Positions 19,404 to 29,940 of a stretch of DNA of 64,000 nucleotides are shown piece after piece (within the stretch, counting starts at the first letter, position 1; each line of letters starts with the position of its first letter). Source of the stretch: an uncultured Bacilli bacterium (GTDB lineage: Bacteria > Bacillota_I > Bacilli_A > RF39 > UBA660); NCBI GenBank assembly GCA_944332265.1, contig CALVJQ010000006.1:1021-65020 (forward strand). Reading direction: 5' to 3'. The notes below the pieces were generated by a model. That model did not search any database. It was not told where the DNA came from and saw nothing but the letters and a program-made list of their open reading frames with translations. The position numbers and the translations under genes are program-made.

Positions 19404-19640
19404 TTATTCACCTTTTTTTATTTCTTCAAAACGATATTTTTGTTTTATATCTGGATATTTAGTATGATCTACTTCAGAAAGAAATTCTTCATAATCACGA
19501 ATCCAAGTGTCACCATTTTCAACATTTTGATATACTACTTTTAAAGATAAATCTTCACTATCCTTGGCAGTAGTTATTATACGATAAATATGACCTTTAA
19601 AGTGTTTATATAGAGCTTGATTATTTAGCTTTCTTGTCAT
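19404..19640 (-). CDS. DUF1653 domain protein
   Basis: [43 protein letters not shown] matches the DUF1653 pattern. The start overlaps the pnp 3' end by 20 nt. Confidence 0.7.
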   Translation of the reverse strand: MTRKLNNQALYKHFKGHIYRIITTAKDSEDLSLKVVYQNVENGDTWIRDYEEFLSEVDHTKYPDIKQKYRFEEIKKGE

Positions 19641-21813
19641 CTTTTTTACCCTTTTTCTCTTTTTTATCGTTTTTTTCAGGCTTTGGTAGTGCAGATTTAC
19701 GTGATAAATTTAAACGGTTACGATTATCATATCCTTCAGCACGAACAATAATTTCATCTCCTACTTTAAATAAGTCAGATGGTTTATCAACCCTTTCCCA
19801 AGCTAGTTGTGATACATGGCATAATCCTTCACAACCAGGCCATAGTTCAACGAATAATCCAAAGTCTTCAACTTTTACAACTTTACCATTATAAACCTTG
19901 CCCTCTTCTACTTCACGAGCTACATTTTCAATCATTTCTTTAGTTTTTAAAATGATATCTTTATCGCGGTGGTAGATTAAAACAGTTCCATCATCTTGTA
20001 GATCAACTTTAACGGCATTAACATCATTTACTGAAGTAACATGTGATGAGTCTAAAATAATTTTTGTAATCATGTCTCCGCCTTTACCAATAACATCTTT
20101 TATCTTATCTGGATTAATATGAATGATTTCTATTTTAGGAGCATATTTTGATAACTCTTTACGTGGTTCTGGAATAACACTTTCCATTACATCCAATATT
20201 TCTAAACGAGCTTGTTTAGCTTGAGCTAATGCTTCTTTTAAGATTTTTTCAGTTACACCTTTTATTTTAATATCCATTTGTAAAGCTGTGATTCCTTTTC
20301 TTGTTCCAGCTACTTTGAAGTCCATATCACCCATATGGTCTTCTAAACCTTGAATATCAGTTAAAATAGTATATTTTTTACCATCTTCGCTAGTTATTAA
20401 ACCCATAGCGATACCAGCTACTGGAGCTTTTATTGGAACACCAGCAGCCATTAAGCTTAGGCATCCAGCACATATTGTAGCTTGAGAAGATGAACCATTT
20501 GATTCAAGAATTTCTGATACTACACGAACAGTATATGGGAATTCTTTTTCATCAGGCATTACTTGAAGTAGTGCTCTTTCTCCTAATGCACCATGACCAA
20601 TTTCACGACGACCAGGTGAACCATATCTACCTACTTCACCAACTGAGAATTGAGGGAAGTTATAGTGAAGCATAAAACGTTTAGTTGCTTCAATGTCTAT
20701 ACCATCTAGAATTTGATTTTCTTCTAATGAACCAAGAGTTGTTGTGGCAAGAGCTTGAGTTTCACCACGGGTAAATACTGCTGAACCATGAGTACGTGGT
20801 AATAAGTCAATCATAGCAGACAGTGGTCTAATTTCTTTCATTCCACGACCATCAGTTCTTTTTTTGTCTTTTGTTACCATACGACGAACTACAGAACCTT
20901 CGATGTTATCAACAACTTTCTTTACTTGACCTAAAAGTTCGATACAATCTTCTCTTTCACCATATATCTCTGCAAAATTTTCCATTGTTGCTTCTTTTAC
21001 AGCATCAATATCGGCGTATTTTTCCAATTTTGTTTTATTAGATGATAGAGCCTCATACATTTTATCTGTAGCATATTCTTTAACTGCTTTTTCTACTTCT
21101 TCATCTATTTTAGCTAGTTCTACTTCAACTTTTGGTTTACCAATTTCGGCAATTATCTTTTCTTGGAATTCACATAGTTTTTTAATGTGTTCATGACCAA
21201 ACATTAAAGCTTCAAGCATTTCTTTTTCTGATACTTGTTTAGCTCCTGCTTCAACCATACAAATAGCATCTTTTGTACCAGCTACAGTAAGATGGATTGT
21301 TGATTGTTCATCTTGTTCAACGGTTGGATTTATAATATATTCTTTACCTATTTTCCCAACAATAACACCAGCTACTGGACCATCAAAAGGGATATCACTT
21401 ATTCCTAAAGCTAATGATGAACCTAGTAAAGCAGCCATTTCTGGCGAGTTATCTTGATCAACAGATAAAACTGTATTAATTACTTGTACTTCATTACGGA
21501 AGTTTTCGTCAAACATTGGACGAATTGGACGATCTATTAAACGAGCTGCTAAGGTTGCTTGTTCAGTTGGACGACCTTCTCTTTTAATAAATCCACCTGG
21601 AATCTTTCCTACTGAATATAGTTTTTCTTGATATAAAACTGTCAAAGGGAAGAAGTCTTGGGTAATAGGTGTATGGCCCATTACAGCTGCAGTTAAGATA
21701 ACGGTGTCACCATATCTTACTAAAACAGATCCATTTGCTTGTTTAGCTAATTCACCAGTTTCAATGGTGATATTTTTTCCTAAAAAATCTAATTCATATA
21801 CTTTTTTACTCAT
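19621..21813 (-). CDS. pnp: polyribonucleotide nucleotidyltransferase (PNPase)
   Basis: Two RNase PH domains ([49 protein letters not shown]) plus KH and S1 domains, with a K-rich tail. It follows rpsO. Confidence 0.95.
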   Translation of the reverse strand: MSKKVYELDFLGKNITIETGELAKQANGSVLVRYGDTVILTAAVMGHTPITQDFFPLTVLYQEKLYSVGKIPGGFIKREGRPTEQATLAARLIDRPIRPMFDENFRNEVQVINTVLSVDQDNSPEMAALLGSSLALGISDIPFDGPVAGVIVGKIGKEYIINPTVEQDEQSTIHLTVAGTKDAICMVEAGAKQVSEKEMLEALMFGHEHIKKLCEFQEKIIAEIGKPKVEVELAKIDEEVEKAVKEYATDKMYEALSSNKTKLEKYADIDAVKEATMENFAEIYGEREDCIELLGQVKKVVDNIEGSVVRRMVTKDKKRTDGRGMKEIRPLSAMIDLLPRTHGSAVFTRGETQALATTTLGSLEENQILDGIDIEATKRFMLHYNFPQFSVGEVGRYGSPGRREIGHGALGERALLQVMPDEKEFPYTVRVVSEILESNGSSSQATICAGCLSLMAAGVPIKAPVAGIAMGLITSEDGKKYTILTDIQGLEDHMGDMDFKVAGTRKGITALQMDIKIKGVTEKILKEALAQAKQARLEILDVMESVIPEPRKELSKYAPKIEIIHINPDKIKDVIGKGGDMITKIILDSSHVTSVNDVNAVKVDLQDDGTVLIYHRDKDIILKTKEMIENVAREVEEGKVYNGKVVKVEDFGLFVELWPGCEGLCHVSQLAWERVDKPSDLFKVGDEIIVRAEGYDNRNRLNLSRKSALPKPEKNDKKEKKGKKDDKKAK

Positions 21814-21832
21814 TTTCCTACCTCTATTTCTT

Positions 21833-21859
21833 AAAAAAAGACACTTAAAAATAAGTGCC
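21833..21859 (-). terminator. rpsO terminator/attenuator hairpin in the rpsO-pnp spacer
   Basis: Minus strand reads GGCACTTA-TTTT-TAAGTGTC (one G-U pair) followed by TTTTTTT. It lies 10 nt after the rpsO stop. Confidence 0.6.
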
Positions 21860-21868
21860 TACTTTTTA

Positions 21869-22138
21869 CTATTTTCTGATGCCTAGGGCTTCAATAGTTT
21901 TTCTATAACTTACTACATCATTTTTCTTTAAATAATCTAGTAAACTTCTTCTTTTACCAACCATCATTTGAAGACCACGTTTTGAATGATAATCATGAGT
22001 GTGAGTCTTTAGATGTTCAGTTAAATTATTAATTTCTTCAGTAAGAATAGCGATTTGTACTTCTGTTGCACCACTATCTTTTTCATTCTTACCAAATTGT
22101 TTAACTAATTCTGCTTTTCTTTCTTTTGAAATTGCCAT
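21869..22138 (-). CDS. rpsO: 30S ribosomal protein S15
   Basis: 89 aa. The blocks [36 protein letters not shown] and [23 protein letters not shown] are canonical S15. Confidence 0.95.
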   Translation of the reverse strand: MAISKERKAELVKQFGKNEKDSGATEVQIAILTEEINNLTEHLKTHTHDYHSKRGLQMMVGKRRSLLDYLKKNDVVSYRKTIEALGIRK

Positions 22139-22261
22139 ATTATTTCCTCCTTCTTATATAACCGTTTATCCTAGTATAGATTCGGAGAGTTCTAAACCAA
22201 GATTAAACTTACTTAGTTAATATATCAAATAATCAAGAGATTATCAAGTATTATTTATAAT

Positions 22262-23176
22262 TTAAGACTTTAATTTTAATTTATGACATAATATATCGAT
22301 ATCTTGTTTATTTTGATTATGAAAATCATCTAAAACCGGTTCATTATGACGACATAAATTAATAACTTCTTCATAAATATTTTTAACAAAATTAACATTT
22401 ATATATCTTCTATCACTCATTAGATAAATTGCATTAATAATATCTGCAAATTCTTTAGGATTGATAGATCTTAAAATAAGAGAAAGACTAGCTTTAGCTT
22501 CTACAGAAAGAGAGCTACCAATATATCTTATTTTTAAAAAATCATAAAATTCACCAAAAGCTAATGAAGTTGGGTCACTTACAAAATAAGCCGTATTATA
22601 GTTAAAGATTGAAACGGCATGGTTACCAATATTTTTAAGGGGAGTTAGACCAATTAATTTAGATTTAAGACGATCCATTAATTTTTCTTTAGAATCTATC
22701 TCGCGATGAATATTTGGGCGATATTCAAAATTCGCTTCTTTTCGAGGGTCGATTATACAGCCCATAAGGTAAGCATTATTGCCTAGGGCTCTTAAGACAC
22801 TAGTTTGCATATCAGCATTATTTAAACATACTGATTTGCCTAACATAATATCGGCTCCAGTCATAGATAGATTATTAACACGATTGGAAATACTATAAAT
22901 TAGTTGGTGATCTTTAGATAAGTATCCATACCATAGTAAATATTGAAAGATGGCACAAGCAACAAAAGGATTAGTTGTTTGTGCAAGATTTTTGATTAAA
23001 CTAGCTGTTCGATTTACGATATTTAAATAAGCACGATAAGTTTCGGTATTGATATTATTCTTTTCATAATTTGCTAATAGTTCACTATATTTTTTTACTA
23101 GTGTAGGTGTATAAAAGTCATAGAAATTTTTTATATTTTCAAATTCATCTTGACTAATATCTTTTACGGTACGCAT
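22262..23176 (-). CDS. hypothetical protein with transglutaminase-like/papain-like Cys-His-Asp arrangement
   Basis: GKSVCLNNADMQTSVLRALG (Cys) followed by GNHAVSIFNYNTAYFVSDPT (His, Asp) mimics the transglutaminase-core pattern. Start moved to ATG 23176 (GGGGGA RBS); the longer ORF-track start would overlap truB. Confidence 0.45.
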   Translation of the reverse strand: MRTVKDISQDEFENIKNFYDFYTPTLVKKYSELLANYEKNNINTETYRAYLNIVNRTASLIKNLAQTTNPFVACAIFQYLLWYGYLSKDHQLIYSISNRVNNLSMTGADIMLGKSVCLNNADMQTSVLRALGNNAYLMGCIIDPRKEANFEYRPNIHREIDSKEKLMDRLKSKLIGLTPLKNIGNHAVSIFNYNTAYFVSDPTSLAFGEFYDFLKIRYIGSSLSVEAKASLSLILRSINPKEFADIINAIYLMSDRRYINVNFVKNIYEEVINLCRHNEPVLDDFHNQNKQDIDILCHKLKLKS

Positions 23177-23186
23177 AAAAATCCCC

Positions 23187-24044
23187 CTACTCAATAAACA
23201 TTTTATATGGTTTAGCTTTCTTTTTATCTTTAGAATAAACTTGATAAATAGCAATTATTTTATTTTTATATACTAGACATGCTTTTTCTTCTTTAAAAGT
23301 TCTAGTTATTATAGCACCGTTTTTTACTTTTTCAAATAAATTATCATCAATATTAATTTTCTCATAGTCATTTAAAACTTCTTCTAAAGTTAGTAAATGG
23401 TAATTTTTTTTAGCAATCTCTTCAATGGTATAAGCATTTTCAAGGGAGAAATTTCCTTGTTTAGTTCTAATTAAAGAAGACATAGTACCTATAACATTTA
23501 ATTTAGTACATATATCATCTATTAAAGCTCTTATATATGTTCCTTTAGAAACAGTTGTTTTAAAAGTTATTTCATTGTTTTTATATGATAGTAGTTCTAT
23601 TTTTTGGATATCGATTTCTCTTTTAGGTAGTTCTATTTCTTTACCTTCTCTAGCATATTCATATAGTTTTTTACCATTTATTTTAACAGCAGAATAAATT
23701 GGTGTAGTCTGAATACTTTTTCCTAAGAAGCTTTCTAAAACATTAATTATTTGTATTTCGCTTAAATTAGGAATCTCTTCTTTATTAAGAATATTACCTG
23801 TTATATCTAAGGTATCAGTTTTTAAGCCTAGTTTTATAGTAGCTATGTATTCTTTATAAGTACTTGTTAATACTTCACATAATTTTGTATATTTTCCAAT
23901 ACAAATAACTAAAACGCCAGTCGCAATAGGATCAAGAGTTCCTGTGTGTCCTATTTTTTTAGTATTTAATATTTTAGTTAATTGGTTTATAACATCACGT
24001 GATGTTATATTAGCTGGTTTATTTAAAATAATAACACCATTCAT
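23187..24044 (-). CDS. truB: tRNA pseudouridine(55) synthase
   Basis: GVIILNKPANITSRDVINQL...KIGHTGTLDPIATGVLVICIGKYTK carries the catalytic Asp motif. Confidence 0.92.
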   Translation of the reverse strand: MNGVIILNKPANITSRDVINQLTKILNTKKIGHTGTLDPIATGVLVICIGKYTKLCEVLTSTYKEYIATIKLGLKTDTLDITGNILNKEEIPNLSEIQIINVLESFLGKSIQTTPIYSAVKINGKKLYEYAREGKEIELPKREIDIQKIELLSYKNNEITFKTTVSKGTYIRALIDDICTKLNVIGTMSSLIRTKQGNFSLENAYTIEEIAKKNYHLLTLEEVLNDYEKINIDDNLFEKVKNGAIITRTFKEEKACLVYKNKIIAIYQVYSKDKKKAKPYKMFIE

Positions 24045-24054
24045 ATAAACTCTC

Positions 24055-24888
24055 CTATCTGATTTTTTGTTGATAAATAAGGCCTTTACTAGTCATTTTA
24101 GGGATAAATTCTAGATGTTCAAAAGAAATTTTATTATCTTTTAAAGTAGCAATAAGAAATCCAGGAGTCCCTTCTATATTAGAATAAGTTTTTAAATCAT
24201 CACTTAAAGATGGTAAATATATTTGGTTATCTTTTAAATATAATTGATGACGGTGACCATATAATTTGATTTTATCTATTATTGATGGAATATTTAAATT
24301 ATATTTAGAAATAGGATGATGAAGAGAAATAATAGTATTTTGCCATGATAAATATGATTTTTTAAAACCTAGTATTTTTAAATTATTATAATTATTTAAT
24401 TCTTTTAGAAAGGTATCATCTTTTTTTAATAAGTGTAGGTCATGGTTACCAAATAAGATGTAAGTATCAATAGATGGATAAGATTTTAATATTGTTAAGA
24501 ATAGCTGTAACTGAGTTGATGGTTCTATATAAGAAGGTGATACATTTCTCATTGTACTTTGAAATAAATCTCCTAAATGAATAATTGTTTTTATATTATT
24601 AGAAAGAGCATAGTCGTAAGCTTTATATATATAGTTAAGATTATCTAGTTTACTACCAAGATGGGTATCAGAGATAATGATAAGTTGATTATCTTGAAGA
24701 TTAGGAATGTTTAAGGCGGAAATAAGAGATTGATTTTTTATATTATTAGCTAATAATATAGCAACTATTTCAGTTTTAGAATAAGGGGTTTCTTTTAGTA
24801 ATTCATCAAGATTATTTGATTGTAAATATTTAGAGAGAATATAATCTTTTTCAGTTTTGGAAAACATACTAGTATTATATCTTATCAT
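24055..24888 (-). CDS. metallophosphoesterase (calcineurin-like) with N-terminal helical domain
   Basis: Motifs IIISDTHLGS, HLGDLF, LFGNHD and GHRHQ. Confidence 0.7.
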   Translation of the reverse strand: MIRYNTSMFSKTEKDYILSKYLQSNNLDELLKETPYSKTEIVAILLANNIKNQSLISALNIPNLQDNQLIIISDTHLGSKLDNLNYIYKAYDYALSNNIKTIIHLGDLFQSTMRNVSPSYIEPSTQLQLFLTILKSYPSIDTYILFGNHDLHLLKKDDTFLKELNNYNNLKILGFKKSYLSWQNTIISLHHPISKYNLNIPSIIDKIKLYGHRHQLYLKDNQIYLPSLSDDLKTYSNIEGTPGFLIATLKDNKISFEHLEFIPKMTSKGLIYQQKIR

Positions 24889-24890
24889 TA

Positions 24891-25604
24891 CTATCTCCTA
24901 TTAGATAATATTGGATAATCAATAGCAAAATTGCTATCTAGATAATCAATTTCTAATTCACCATTATTAAATTCTTTTATTAGTCTTTTAGTCTTGTCAA
25001 TAATATAATTTTGATAATATTCAGGGGAGATATAACTACCATAGTAACTTGGCATAGCAAGATGAACACAACCGCACATAGCAATATAAAAGTCTTTTTG
25101 ATATCGACATGCTTGTTCAATTATAGTTTCAGTTGCTTCACATGGCATTATACCAGTTACTAAATCAAATTTAGTAATATCTGTTTTTTGAGTAAAATCT
25201 TCTTTATGAATAGTCATATTAGGATATTTAGCTTTAGCATCTACTAATAGTGGTTCATAAATTGTAATTGTTCCTTTGTTTATCTTTAATTGTTCATATG
25301 CTAATTTATTAGCAAATGAAGGAATAATTCCTGAACCGATATCTATAATATTACATCCAATATTAAAGCGTTCTTTTATTTTAGATATATGAGCAGCATA
25401 AAAATCGCCATTTTCATGGACTAAACCCATTTCAGTATAAACTTGCATTAAAACATCAGGAGCACAAGTTTGGAAAACGTATAACCAAAAGTTTTCTTCT
25501 ATATACTCCCATAAATCTTCAGGATAAAGTTGTTGGTATTTTTCTTTAAAAAGATTAAAGCGTTTTGCTATTTGCTCTTCACTAAAGCCTTTTTTAGCCA
25601 TCAT
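24891..25604 (-). CDS. hypothetical protein, possibly Rossmann/class I methyltransferase-like
   Basis: Only a weak glycine-rich IIDIGSGIIP motif. Unrecognised family. Confidence 0.35.
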   Translation of the reverse strand: MMAKKGFSEEQIAKRFNLFKEKYQQLYPEDLWEYIEENFWLYVFQTCAPDVLMQVYTEMGLVHENGDFYAAHISKIKERFNIGCNIIDIGSGIIPSFANKLAYEQLKINKGTITIYEPLLVDAKAKYPNMTIHKEDFTQKTDITKFDLVTGIMPCEATETIIEQACRYQKDFYIAMCGCVHLAMPSYYGSYISPEYYQNYIIDKTKRLIKEFNNGELEIDYLDSNFAIDYPILSNRR

Positions 25605-25648
25605 ATATATTCCCCCTTTTTTATGGGAATTATATTATTATATATAGT

Positions 25649-27127
25649 TTATTTTGTCAAATTAGCTTTATCTTGGTATTTATCTTTAAAATAATTAATT
25701 AGTGGTTTAGCTGTTAATTCTTGATTAAAAAGACGGATAGCAACTTCGTTAATATTGTAGGTACCACCGTATTGATGAATATTTTGATTAAGATATTTGG
25801 TAATTTCTTTTATACGCCCTTCTTTTAATAAAGTATTAATATTACCTAGTTTATTGTTAAGGTGTTCTAGTAACATTCCATCAAAGATAGATCCTAAAAG
25901 ATAAGAAGGGAAATAACCGAATGATCCTTGGGACCAGTGAACATCTTGGAGTAAACCTAGTGAGTCATTAGGGACTGTGATATTTAGATATTCTTGCATT
26001 TTTTTATTCCAAATATTGGGAAGATCATCAATATTAATTTGGTTATTGAAAAGATCTTTTTCTATTTCATATCTAAGAATAATATGGAAACAATATGTTA
26101 ATTCATCAGCTTCAGTTCTAATAAGTGATGGCTTAGCAATATTTAATTGTTTAACAAAATCTTCAACAGATAAATCTAGTTTTAATTTGTCTTTAATTTT
26201 ATCATATATTGGAAGCCAGAAATTTAGATTACGACCTAAAATATTTTCGAAGAAACGAGATTGACTTTCGTGAAGAGCATATTTATCTATATCATATATA
26301 GGAAATTGACTTAGATTGGAACCAATATTTTGTTCAAAAATACCATGACCTCCTTCATGGATAACTGTACATACATGATCAAAAATACTTTTATTATTAG
26401 CAAAAGTTATACGGACATCATTATTATTTAATTTACAAGTATACCCATGAGGATATATTCCTAATGCTCCTCTATCATTTGAAAAGCCAATATATTCTAA
26501 TAATGTTTTAGCAATACTTAGTAGTTCTTCATTTGTATAGGTTTGGTTTAATTCTATTTTATTTATAGGTTTTAATTGTTTTATTAAAGGAATTAATTCT
26601 TTTTTTATTTCAGCAAATAATGGATCAATAAGATCACTAGTTAAACCTTTTTCATATTCGTTTAACATGTCATTGTAAAGGTTTTTACTATTTGGATATT
26701 TATAAGTATAGTATTTTTTAGTAAATGATATTACTTTAGCTAGATATGGTTTAAATATTTGATAATCTTTTTTTTCTTTAGCTTCTAACCATATAGTATT
26801 AGCTTTACTACATAATGCAGTATATTCAGCATAAAAATCGGCAGGTACTAAAGATTCACGATTATATGATTCTAGTAGTGATTTTAAGTAAGTTTGCTCA
26901 GCAAAAGATAAGCTTTGATATTCTTGACTAGTAATTGTTTCTTCTAGCATTTTTTTAAACTCTTGGCTAGTAGATAGTTTAAAAGCTTCTAGTTCAATTT
27001 TGGTTTTTACTTCAATTAAGTAATCAAAGGATGCTTTAGGAGCAATGGTATCCATTTCCCAATGCATTAAAGTAGCTATATAGTTTAAATCTGCTATTTT
27101 TTGTAAATATTCTAATAATTTTTTCAT
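25649..27127 (-). CDS. carboxypeptidase M32 (Taq-type metallocarboxypeptidase)
   Basis: HEGGHGIFEQ (HExxH), HESQSRFFEN and DVHWSQGSFGYFPSYLLG are M32 hallmarks. Confidence 0.88.
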   Translation of the reverse strand: MKKLLEYLQKIADLNYIATLMHWEMDTIAPKASFDYLIEVKTKIELEAFKLSTSQEFKKMLEETITSQEYQSLSFAEQTYLKSLLESYNRESLVPADFYAEYTALCSKANTIWLEAKEKKDYQIFKPYLAKVISFTKKYYTYKYPNSKNLYNDMLNEYEKGLTSDLIDPLFAEIKKELIPLIKQLKPINKIELNQTYTNEELLSIAKTLLEYIGFSNDRGALGIYPHGYTCKLNNNDVRITFANNKSIFDHVCTVIHEGGHGIFEQNIGSNLSQFPIYDIDKYALHESQSRFFENILGRNLNFWLPIYDKIKDKLKLDLSVEDFVKQLNIAKPSLIRTEADELTYCFHIILRYEIEKDLFNNQINIDDLPNIWNKKMQEYLNITVPNDSLGLLQDVHWSQGSFGYFPSYLLGSIFDGMLLEHLNNKLGNINTLLKEGRIKEITKYLNQNIHQYGGTYNINEVAIRLFNQELTAKPLINYFKDKYQDKANLTK

Positions 27128-27187
27128 TTTATCACTCCTCTTTTATACTAATTGAAATAAGAGTAAATTGCAATAAAAAAAAGGGGA

Positions 27188-27541
27188 TTATTCCCCATCT
27201 TTTTCATGAATTTCGTTTATTAAACGATCTATATTATTACCATAAGCTATTGAATTATCATATTGAAATCTTATTTTAGGTGTATGTCTTATTTCGATAC
27301 GATCTGCTATTTGAGTTCTTAAATAACCGGCAGTGTCATCATTTAGTTGTTTTTCTAGTGTTTTATGATCTTCATTTAATAACGAAGTAAAATATACTTT
27401 AGCTAAACCTAAATCGTTTGTTACATCAACACCTGTTATAGTAATGGTCTTTAATAAAGAATCATGAGCTTCATTAGCACATATATTACTTAGTTCTTGA
27501 GCTATTTGTGAACCAATACGTTTTAATTTTATCTGATTCAT
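27188..27541 (-). CDS. rbfA: ribosome-binding factor A
   Basis: 117 aa. The blocks RIGSQIAQELSNI, ITITGVDVTNDLGLAKVYFT and LRTQIADRIEIRHTPKIRFQYD match RbfA. Confidence 0.9.
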   Translation of the reverse strand: MNQIKLKRIGSQIAQELSNICANEAHDSLLKTITITGVDVTNDLGLAKVYFTSLLNEDHKTLEKQLNDDTAGYLRTQIADRIEIRHTPKIRFQYDNSIAYGNNIDRLINEIHEKDGE

Positions 27542-29652
27542 CTTTTTACCTCAACTTCTTCATATACTTCTATTGTGTCGCCAACTTTTATATCAGAATA
27601 GTTTTCTAAAGTTAGACCACATTCATAACCCTTTTTAACTTCTTTTACTTGATCTTTTTCTCTTTGAAGTGTAGCAATTTTTGTATCAGTAATTACTATA
27701 CCATCACGAATTAAACGAGCTTTGGCATCTTTTTTGATAATACCATCAGTAACATAAGAACCTGCTATATTGCCAACTTTAGAAAATTTGAATATTTTTC
27801 TAATTTCAACATTACCAATAATTTTTTCTTCATATTCAGGCTCTAGCATACCTTTCATAGCAGCTTCCATTTCTTCAACTAGTTTGTAAATTATAGTATA
27901 TAAACGAATATCAACACCATATTCTTTAGCAATTTCTTTAGTTGAATTAGAAGGTGATACACAGAAACCTAAAATTATAGCTTGAGAAGCTTGAGCTAGA
28001 ACAACATCGCTTTCTGTAATTGTTCCAATACCACTTCTAATTACTTTAACTTTAACGCCATCAACATCGATTTTTTCAAGGGCATTACGAACAGCTTCTT
28101 CTGAGCCACGAACATCAGCTTTTAAAACAACATTAATTTCTTTAGTATTAGAATCAATAGAAGCAAATAAGTTATCTAAAGAAAGAGTTTGTTTTTGGAA
28201 TTTATGTTCACGAGCTTGGATGCTACGTTTTTCAGCAATTGATTTAGCTTCGGATTCTGTTTCAAATGCCATAAATTTATCACCAGCAGAAGGATTTGCT
28301 GATAAGCCGGTAATTTCAACAGGAGTTGAAGGCCCTGCTTCAACAATTGAATTACCTAAATCATCTTTCATTGTTCTTACTTTACCATATGTAGTTCCAA
28401 CAACGATTGGGTCACCAATTCTAAGAGTTCCTGTTTCAATAAGTAATGAGGCTACACCACCAATGTTTTTATCCATTTTAGATTCAATAACAGTTCCCAT
28501 AGCATATCTATTTGGATTAGCTTTTAAATTTTGCATTTCAGCAATTGCTAGAATTGTTTCAAGTAGTAAATCTAAGCCTTCACCACTTTTAGCTGAAATG
28601 TCGACAAATGGGATATTACCACCCCACTCTTCTGGAGTTATATTGTGTTCAGCCATTTCTGTTCTAATCTTTTCTGGATGAGCATCTGGTTTATCTATTT
28701 TATTAACAGCTACAATTATTGGAACATTTGCTGCTAGGGCATGATCTATTGCTTCTTCTGTTTGAGGCATTACACCATCATCTGCAGCGACTATTATAAT
28801 TACGATATCGGTAATACTTGCTCCACGAGCACGCATTTCAGTAAAAGCGGCATGACCTGGAGTATCAATGAAAGTTATTTTATGGTTGTTTCTTTCTACT
28901 TGATAAGCTCCAATAGCTTGTGTAATTCCTCCATATTCAGAATCAACAATTTTACTTTTTCTAATTGTATCAAGAAGAGTTGTTTTACCATGGTCGACAT
29001 GTCCCATTATGGTTACAACTGGTGGACGAACTACTAAATCTTCTTCACGATCGTTAGTTTCAAATTCTTCAAAATTAGAAATGTCTTGCGTTTCTTCTTT
29101 CTTTAAAGTTTTATTGTAGTCTAAAGCAATAACACTTGCTGTTTCATAATCTATTGCGTTATTTAAACTTAACATTAAGCCAAGTGTCATTATTTTTTTT
29201 ATTATTTCTGTACCACTTACGCCTAGTTCATCCGCTAAGTTTTGAACAGACATACCTTCTTTATATAAAATAACATTTTCTTCTTCAGCATTACTCATTA
29301 GTTTTTCTTTATGTTTATACATTTCTTTTCTTTTTGACATGTATTCATCTTTAGAACTTTGAAGTTGACTTTTCTTTTTTAGTTTTTGTTTTTTGTTAGT
29401 ATTAGCAAAGTTCTTATCAAGATTGTTTGATTCAACTAAATCTTCTACTGCTTCATCAATTGCATCTTCTTCTTCATAATCTGTTTCACTATCAGTACTT
29501 ATTAAGTTAATAGTATTGTCTAGAATAATTATATCGTCTTCGGTTAATTCATCATCTCCAGATTTTACATTAATACCTAATTCATTACATTTTTTTAATA
29601 TTTCTGCAACTGAATGATTTGTATCATTAGCATATTCTCTTACACTCATCAT
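27538..29652 (-). CDS. infB: translation initiation factor IF-2
   Basis: GTPase motifs (IMGHVDHGKTTLLD, DTPGH, NKID) and C-terminal IF-2 domains. Synteny with nusA and rbfA supports the call. Confidence 0.95.
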   Translation of the reverse strand: MMSVREYANDTNHSVAEILKKCNELGINVKSGDDELTEDDIIILDNTINLISTDSETDYEEEDAIDEAVEDLVESNNLDKNFANTNKKQKLKKKSQLQSSKDEYMSKRKEMYKHKEKLMSNAEEENVILYKEGMSVQNLADELGVSGTEIIKKIMTLGLMLSLNNAIDYETASVIALDYNKTLKKEETQDISNFEEFETNDREEDLVVRPPVVTIMGHVDHGKTTLLDTIRKSKIVDSEYGGITQAIGAYQVERNNHKITFIDTPGHAAFTEMRARGASITDIVIIIVAADDGVMPQTEEAIDHALAANVPIIVAVNKIDKPDAHPEKIRTEMAEHNITPEEWGGNIPFVDISAKSGEGLDLLLETILAIAEMQNLKANPNRYAMGTVIESKMDKNIGGVASLLIETGTLRIGDPIVVGTTYGKVRTMKDDLGNSIVEAGPSTPVEITGLSANPSAGDKFMAFETESEAKSIAEKRSIQAREHKFQKQTLSLDNLFASIDSNTKEINVVLKADVRGSEEAVRNALEKIDVDGVKVKVIRSGIGTITESDVVLAQASQAIILGFCVSPSNSTKEIAKEYGVDIRLYTIIYKLVEEMEAAMKGMLEPEYEEKIIGNVEIRKIFKFSKVGNIAGSYVTDGIIKKDAKARLIRDGIVITDTKIATLQREKDQVKEVKKGYECGLTLENYSDIKVGDTIEVYEEVEVKR

Positions 29653-29664
29653 ATTAACTCACCT

Positions 29665-29925
29665 CTATCTTTCTTCTATTATTTTAAGCATTTCATCATA
29701 AATTGATTCAGGAATTTCGACTTCTAATATACGATCTAAAACTTTCGTTTGACGAGCTTTATTTATAACTTCTTTATCTTTTTTTAAATAAGCTCCACGG
29801 CCGTTTGCTTTTCCTGTTATATCAACTGAAACTTCTCCTTCTTTATTGCGTACAACACGAAATAAATCTTTTTTTAATGTTTTTTCTTTGGTTATAACGC
29901 ATGTTCTTTCAGGCATTTTTCGCAT
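29665..29925 (-). CDS. ylxR: YlxR/RnpM family (DUF448) RNA-binding protein
   Basis: ERTCVITKEKTLKKDLFRVV...GKANGRGAYL is the DUF448 motif. It lies between nusA and infB. Confidence 0.85.
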   Translation of the reverse strand: MRKMPERTCVITKEKTLKKDLFRVVRNKEGEVSVDITGKANGRGAYLKKDKEVINKARQTKVLDRILEVEIPESIYDEMLKIIEER

Positions 29926-29940
29926 TTAAATACCTTCTTT

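Noticed and set aside
22139-22261. Possible S15-binding autoregulatory leader upstream of rpsO.
   Set aside because: A plausible promoter exists (TTGATA, 17 nt, TATATT). I could not identify a convincing three-way junction or pseudoknot by eye, so a covariance-model scan would be needed.
28220-29037. Plus-strand ORFs of 153 aa and 98 aa inside infB. Similar antisense or shadow ORFs occur elsewhere, e.g. 3737-3937, 4527-4727, 6291-6539, 12039-12870, 13652-13840, 14392-16082, 19634-19894, 20490-20675, 25977-26264, 30772-30960, 38092-38367, 46238-46537, 47433-47636, 50950-51264, 52987-53178, 58909-59529 and 62645-63466.
   Set aside because: Each lies fully antisense to, or out of frame within, a well-supported conserved gene. 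Their composition is low-complexity L/S/F/I-rich, as expected from reverse-reading AT-rich codons, and they lack RBSs. They are treated as shadow ORFs.
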